From NCBI RefSeq assembly GCF_003966335.1, contig NZ_CP034549.1, positions 960,001-992,000 of the forward strand: a stretch of 32,000 nucleotides of DNA, given 5' to 3'. The notes under the pieces are model-generated. The model had not been told where the DNA came from and ran no database searches. It saw only the letters and a program-made list of their open reading frames with translations. Below, piece by piece: positions 27,409-32,000 of this stretch; positions within the stretch are counted from its first letter, which is position 1, and each line of letters starts with the position of its first letter. This DNA is from Nonlabens ponticola (GTDB lineage Bacteria > Bacteroidota > Bacteroidia > Flavobacteriales > Flavobacteriaceae). The position numbers and the translations under genes are program-made.

Positions 27409-30321
27409 TTAAAATTCAAAATTCAAGCCAAAAATGATACCTCTACTACGTGGGAAAATCGCACCATCAACACCATTTCCTATTTCTGGATCTAGTCCAC
27501 TATAGTCAGTGATAACAAAGAGGTTAGTTCCAGTGACTGAGGCTCTTATGCTTCTAAGTGTGTCGGTATTAAACGTATAACCTAACGATAGATTATCCAG
27601 TCTAACAAAGTCTGATTTTTCCACATATTCACTAGAGAATAGTAGAGGTAAAGGAGCACTACTAAATCGATCGTCTAAAATACCATCAGTTGAGTTATTT
27701 AGCCAGTTACCTGGATTCTCTGTGATGGCGTCTGCGTTTTCTCTAGCCGCGCGCACGTTATTATAGTTATATCCACCTACTGCACCTCTCAATGTAAAAC
27801 TCATGTCAAAGTTGTTGTAGCTCATATTAGAAGTAAAACCAAAGAACGCGTCAGGGTTACCTTTCTTGTAACGTACTCTGTCTTCGCTATTTATAACGTT
27901 GTCTCCATTTCTATCTACGAAAACACCGTCTAATGGGTTTCCATCTGCATCATAAACTTGTCTGTAAACAAGGAAAGCTGTTGGATCTGCTCCTACAGCC
28001 CATTCTTGGATAAAGTTGTTAAAGCCTGCACCACCTACCGGCGTTTGTGGTACTGGTGCATCATTATCGCCTAGAGACAGGTCAGTAATCTCGATTTCAT
28101 TGAACGTTAAGTTTCCACCAACGGTCCAGTTAAAACCTTCACCTCTAAATAGATCCACGTTAGCATCAATCTCGATACCGCGACTATTTGTTGCACCTAC
28201 GTTTTGCAAAGCAAAGTTGCCCAGCGATCCTGCTGCAAGCGGGCCGAATTGTAATAAGTCCTCTGTATCACGAGTGTATGCATCAACAGACCCATAGAGC
28301 CTATCATCAAAGAAACCGTAGTCAATACCAACGTTCCATTGGCTAGTTTCTTCCCATTTAAGGTCAGTTACTAGCTCCGGACGCACTGTTCTAAAAAAGC
28401 GCTCTCCTATTTGCACACGAGCCTGATCAGTACTAGGTGTTGATCTCGGGATGAATAGGAAGTCTTCTCCAATATCCTGCTGTCCAGTTACACCGTAACC
28501 ACCTCTTAATTTCAATTGAGAAATGATATTACTATTTTGAATAATGTCGAGATTAGTCAATTTTAAACCTGCACTGGCACCTCCAAATGTACCCCAGCGA
28601 TTATCTGGTGAAAATCGGGAAGTTCCATCTCTAGAAATACTTGCTGATAATACTAATAAGTCTGAAATATCAATAGATGCACGTCCAAAGAAGGAAATCA
28701 AAATGTTTTCATTGAAACCGTCAATTTCAATAGGATTTCTATCAGCATCAAAATTTAAGCTTGTGTTCTCTCTTCTAAATCCTTGGTAGCTACTACCAAC
28801 AGTTAATTCTAATGAAGAGTCAATACCAGATAGATCCGTTTTATAATCAAATCGTCCGTTCAACAATTGGTTTACCCTAAATCCATCATTGAAACTGTTA
28901 AGAAATGGATTGCTGCTAGCTTCCAATACGCCTGAACCAGCTGTTCTGCCAGAGAATGACTCAAACTCATTGTAATCGATACCTGCAGTACCGTTGAATG
29001 ACAACCCAGGAACTCCTGGTATTTTATAATCCGCTTGAAGGGTAGTTCTTATTTGATTGTTTTCTGTTTCTGCAATTAAGCTTTCCAGTAATCCAACAGG
29101 GTTTCTTGGGGCAAGACCATCTACATTCCCATTATTTAGTCTATACTCAAAGAATCCATTCGGGCCATTAGTAGCAAATACTGGTTGAGTAGGGTCAAAA
29201 TCAATGGCAGATCCTATGGCACCTTCATCTGCGTTGCGTATACCTTCCATAGCTCCCTGTACAGATAAGGTCAGTTTTAGATCATTATTCAGCAATCTTT
29301 GTATGACACTTGCATTTATACTCGCACGTTCATAACCTGATCTTTTCAGTGTCCCGTTTTGGTTAGTGTAACCTATGTTAGCTCGTAGAGCGGTAGTTTC
29401 ATAACCTTTGGCAACAGTAAAATTATGTATAACCTGCGTTCCTGTTTGGTAAATCTCATCTTGCCAGTCAGTATTTGCGTTTCCTAATAACGCGATGTCC
29501 TCTGGACTGCCAATTTCATTGATTAAGGCTCTAAATTCATCTCCTGTCAAAACGTCTACCTCATCTGTGTTTTGGTTTGCAGCAAATTGAACATTGTAAC
29601 CTACCTGTAAGTCACTGTTTAATTTACCCTTCTTAGTCGTGATCAGGATGACACCATTAGATGCTCTATTACCATAAATAGCTGTTGCACTCGCATCTTT
29701 TAAAATAGTGAATGATTCAATGTCTGCTGGGTTTATGGTATTTAAATTGGCATTTCTTGAGTCCAGCGGTATACCATCAACAACATATAGAGGATCTGCA
29801 TTGGCACTTAGCGTAGAACCGGCCCTTACTCTAATACGTGGCCCATCACCAGGACGACCAGTCGCAGCAGTTACCTGGACTCCAGCAGCCTTACCAGCCA
29901 GCAATTGTCCTGGAGAAACGATGGCTCCTTTATTAAATTCCTCGTCACTTACTGTGGTTTGTGCCGCAGTAACATTCTCTTGAGTAGTGCTACCGTAACC
30001 AATCAATACGATAGCATCCAGTTGATCAGCACTCTCTTCTAGAGTTACATTTATCACTGATTGACCAGTATAAACTATTTCTTGAGGTGTGAATCCTAAA
30101 TAAGAAAACACAAGGGTCGCACCATCAGGCACATTATTAAGCGTGTATTTTCCATCAAAGTCGGTAGAAGTACCGTTTGAAGTTCCCTTGACAACCACTG
30201 AAGCTCCTAGTACAGGAAGATTTGCTGCGGTATCGGTAACAGTACCAGTGACCACATTTTGCGCCATCGCTATTGCTGGAAGCACCAGTAATATCAAGGC
30301 AAATTTAATTTTTTGAATCAT
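27409..30321 (-). CDS. susC: SusC/RagA family TonB-linked outer-membrane transporter
   Basis: The signal peptide is MIQKIKFALILLVLPAIAMAQ. A carboxypeptidase-regulatory-like domain (VTGTVTDTAANLPVLGASVVVKGTSNGTSTDFDGKYTL), a plug (ESFTILKDASATAIYGNRASNGVILITTKKG) and a large barrel ending in GLNFEF follow. I prefer the ATG at 30321. Confidence 0.95.
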   Translation of the reverse strand: MIQKIKFALILLVLPAIAMAQNVVTGTVTDTAANLPVLGASVVVKGTSNGTSTDFDGKYTLNNVPDGATLVFSYLGFTPQEIVYTGQSVINVTLEESADQLDAIVLIGYGSTTQENVTAAQTTVSDEEFNKGAIVSPGQLLAGKAAGVQVTAATGRPGDGPRIRVRAGSTLSANADPLYVVDGIPLDSRNANLNTINPADIESFTILKDASATAIYGNRASNGVILITTKKGKLNSDLQVGYNVQFAANQNTDEVDVLTGDEFRALINEIGSPEDIALLGNANTDWQDEIYQTGTQVIHNFTVAKGYETTALRANIGYTNQNGTLKRSGYERASINASVIQRLLNNDLKLTLSVQGAMEGIRNADEGAIGSAIDFDPTQPVFATNGPNGFFEYRLNNGNVDGLAPRNPVGLLESLIAETENNQIRTTLQADYKIPGVPGLSFNGTAGIDYNEFESFSGRTAGSGVLEASSNPFLNSFNDGFRVNQLLNGRFDYKTDLSGIDSSLELTVGSSYQGFRRENTSLNFDADRNPIEIDGFNENILISFFGRASIDISDLLVLSASISRDGTSRFSPDNRWGTFGGASAGLKLTNLDIIQNSNIISQLKLRGGYGVTGQQDIGEDFLFIPRSTPSTDQARVQIGERFFRTVRPELVTDLKWEETSQWNVGIDYGFFDDRLYGSVDAYTRDTEDLLQFGPLAAGSLGNFALQNVGATNSRGIEIDANVDLFRGEGFNWTVGGNLTFNEIEITDLSLGDNDAPVPQTPVGGAGFNNFIQEWAVGADPTAFLVYRQVYDADGNPLDGVFVDRNGDNVINSEDRVRYKKGNPDAFFGFTSNMSYNNFDMSFTLRGAVGGYNYNNVRAARENADAITENPGNWLNNSTDGILDDRFSSAPLPLLFSSEYVEKSDFVRLDNLSLGYTFNTDTLRSIRASVTGTNLFVITDYSGLDPEIGNGVDGAIFPRSRGIIFGLNFEF

Positions 30322-30421
30322 TTCTGAAGTTTGAATTAAACGATTAGAGATTATCTTCTTCTCACACGGCATAAAAGTATGTAAATTTAATGTTAAGGTT
30401 ATCTAATAGCTACTGATTCTA

Positions 30422-30435
30422 CGAAAACGTTTTCG
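30422..30435. promoter_or_regulatory. Candidate LacI-family operator, perfect 14-bp palindrome CGAAAACGTTTTCG
   Basis: It is a perfect palindrome with a central CG, which is the general architecture of LacI/GalR operators. It lies in the 190-bp divergent region between susC (start 30321) and the LacI-family gene (start 30512). Confidence 0.5.
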
Positions 30436-30467
30436 GTTTTTATAGTAGATTTAGTTTTTCTATATTA

Positions 30468-30483
30468 CGCTTTCGCGAAAGCG
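30468..30483. repeat. Palindromic repeat copy 7 (CGCTTTCGCGAAAGCG) in the susC/lacI divergent region
   Basis: Exact 16-bp palindrome. The right flank GGTATCCTTACCAAC resembles the flank of copy 1 (GGTACCCCAATAAAA). Confidence 0.95.
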
Positions 30484-30511
30484 GTATCCTTACCAACATA
30501 TTGCAGCACAC

Positions 30512-31531
30512 ATGCCTCAAAAACTGACCCTCAAGAAAATAGCACAGGACTTAAAAGTGTCCATATCTACCGTGTCTAAAGCCTTGCGCGACTCGCACGA
30601 GATAAGTGTAGAGACGCGAGACAAAATCAAGGATTATGCTAAAAAGTATAATTATAAGCCCAACAATATCGCCCTAAGTCTTAAGAACCAAAAGACTAAA
30701 AAAATAGGGGTGATCATTCCAGAAATTGTTCACCATTTCTTTGCTACCGTTATCTCAGGTATAGAGAAAGTCGCTAATGACAAAGGTTATCAAGTGATTA
30801 TTTGCTTGTCAGGTGAGAGTTTTGATAAGGAAGTTGTGAATATGGATATGCTAGCAAATGGTAGTATAGATGGCTTTATCATGAGTCTATCTAAGGAAAC
30901 CCTTGAACGCCAGGACTACCATCACTTGCGCGAGGTGCTCAATCAAGGTATGCCTATCGTGATGTTTGACCGTGCGGTAGAAGGTATTCCTTGTGATAAG
31001 ATTATTATCGATGATGTGGCTGCTGCACAAAGCGCAACAGAGTTTTTACTACGTAAGGGTAAGAGTAAACTAGCTATTATATCAACCGTAGATTATGTAA
31101 ATGTGGGTCGATTGCGCACTCAAGGCTTTAAAGAAGCTTTACTTAAACGAGGTATTGAAGTAAGTGATAAGGATGTCTTAAAAATCGAGGATACCGAAAA
31201 TTCTACGACAATTATCGAAAACTTTTTAAAGGATACGGACTATGACGGTATCATCGCGGTGAATGAACTGTTTGCCGTGACCGCTAGCAAGGCCTTGCAA
31301 AAACTAGGTAAATCCATTCCTGATGATGCAAGCATCATTGCTTTTACAGATGGTATGTTGAGCAAGTATGCCAGTCCTACACTTACAACCATAGGACAAA
31401 AAGGTGAAGACATGGGTGGTCTAGCCGCTGCAAAGCTCATTGAGAGACTAGAGGCGCCTCAAACTATTGAAGAAAGCTACGAAACCGTTATCGTAAAAAC
31501 TTCGCTCGTAGAACGTGAAAGCACGCCATAA
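30512..31531 (+). CDS. LacI family transcriptional regulator (likely alpha-glucan PUL regulator)
   Basis: The N-terminal HTH is TLKKIAQDLKVSISTVSKALRD, followed by YKPNNIALSLK and a periplasmic-binding-protein-like effector domain. Confidence 0.95.
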   Translation: MPQKLTLKKIAQDLKVSISTVSKALRDSHEISVETRDKIKDYAKKYNYKPNNIALSLKNQKTKKIGVIIPEIVHHFFATVISGIEKVANDKGYQVIICLSGESFDKEVVNMDMLANGSIDGFIMSLSKETLERQDYHHLREVLNQGMPIVMFDRAVEGIPCDKIIIDDVAAAQSATEFLLRKGKSKLAIISTVDYVNVGRLRTQGFKEALLKRGIEVSDKDVLKIEDTENSTTIIENFLKDTDYDGIIAVNELFAVTASKALQKLGKSIPDDASIIAFTDGMLSKYASPTLTTIGQKGEDMGGLAAAKLIERLEAPQTIEESYETVIVKTSLVERESTP

Positions 31532-31647
31532 TCTTAATATATTTACATCGCTACATTAAGTTGTAGTTATCAAAACTTATCTTCTTTCACACACATTGAT
31601 TGAGTTTTGATAAGTCATAAGGCTTATCGTCATTTAAAAATAACGAT

Positions 31648-32000
31648 ATGCAAAAGCCCAAGTTAGGTTTTTGGGACATCTGGAACATGAGTTTTGGATT
31701 CCTAGGTATTCAATTCGGTTTTGCCCTACAGGGTTCTACCATGTCACGCATTTTTGAGACGTTAGGAGCAAATAAGGATGAGATCCCATTATTGTGGATT
31801 GCAGCACCTCTTGCTGGACTTATCGTACAACCTATTATAGGTTATATGAGTGATAATACCTGGCACAAGCGTCTAGGGCGACGTCGTCCTTTCTTTCTAG
31901 TTGGCGCTGTGCTTAGTTCTATTGCGCTTCTTTTTATGCCATACTCAAGTGAGGTATGGATCGCTGCTGGATTATTGCTAGTGCTCGATGCTTCAATTAA
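31648..32000 (+). CDS. MFS sugar transporter, SLC45/GPH-like (partial; continues beyond the window)
   Basis: My translation from the ATG at 31648 is MQKPKLGFWDIWNMSFGFLGIQFGFALQGSTMSRIFETLGANKDEIPLLWIAAPLAGLIVQPIIGYMSDNTWHKRLGRRRPFFLVGA... The RLGRRRPF loop motif is typical of this family. Its position fits the maltose/maltodextrin importer found in flavobacterial alpha-glucan PULs. Confidence 0.85.
   Translation, partial: MQKPKLGFWDIWNMSFGFLGIQFGFALQGSTMSRIFETLGANKDEIPLLWIAAPLAGLIVQPIIGYMSDNTWHKRLGRRRPFFLVGAVLSSIALLFMPYSSEVWIAAGLLLVLDASI

Overview
This window looks like chromosomal DNA from a marine Flavobacteriaceae-type Bacteroidota genome. The evidence is a SusC/SusD locus, a T9SS C-terminal sorting domain, TAnnTTTG-type -7 boxes and an NrdB carrying an ATP-cone. 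By hand count GC is about 40%.

Gene content is mostly housekeeping:
- a truncated TPR sensor histidine kinase
- a TonB-dependent receptor plus a HupE/UreJ metal-transport pair
- dCMP deaminase translationally coupled to an S41 C-terminal processing peptidase
- a MarC-family protein and a DUF3109 Cys-cluster protein
- an nrdB-nrdA ribonucleotide reductase operon
- a PA2169/DUF2383 four-helix-bundle protein
- a 1450-aa DnaE with a fused N-terminal DEDDh exonuclease
- thioredoxin, an NADP-dependent MDR oxidoreductase and a DUF58 protein
- a canonical alpha-glucan (starch) polysaccharide utilisation locus: GH13 amylase with T9SS tail, SusE/F-like, SusD and SusC, with a divergent LacI regulator and an MFS sugar transporter cut by the window edge

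I found no rRNA, tRNA, CRISPR array, transposase, integrase or recognisable defence gene, so I do not claim a novel protein system here.

The most unusual signals are at the DNA level:
1. A perfect 14-bp palindrome, GCTTTCGCGAAAGC, occurs seven times in 32 kb. Copies lie in intergenic DNA and in frame inside three ORFs. Three copies share an exact directional extension (palindrome-N7-CCACCATC).
2. A perfect (AACT)24 microsatellite lies just upstream of a promoter-like box.
3. The RNR has its ATP-cone on the radical-generating subunit.
4. A perfect 14-bp LacI-type operator palindrome lies in the divergent PUL promoter region.
5. A GC-rich multi-hairpin element lies in a convergent intergenic region.
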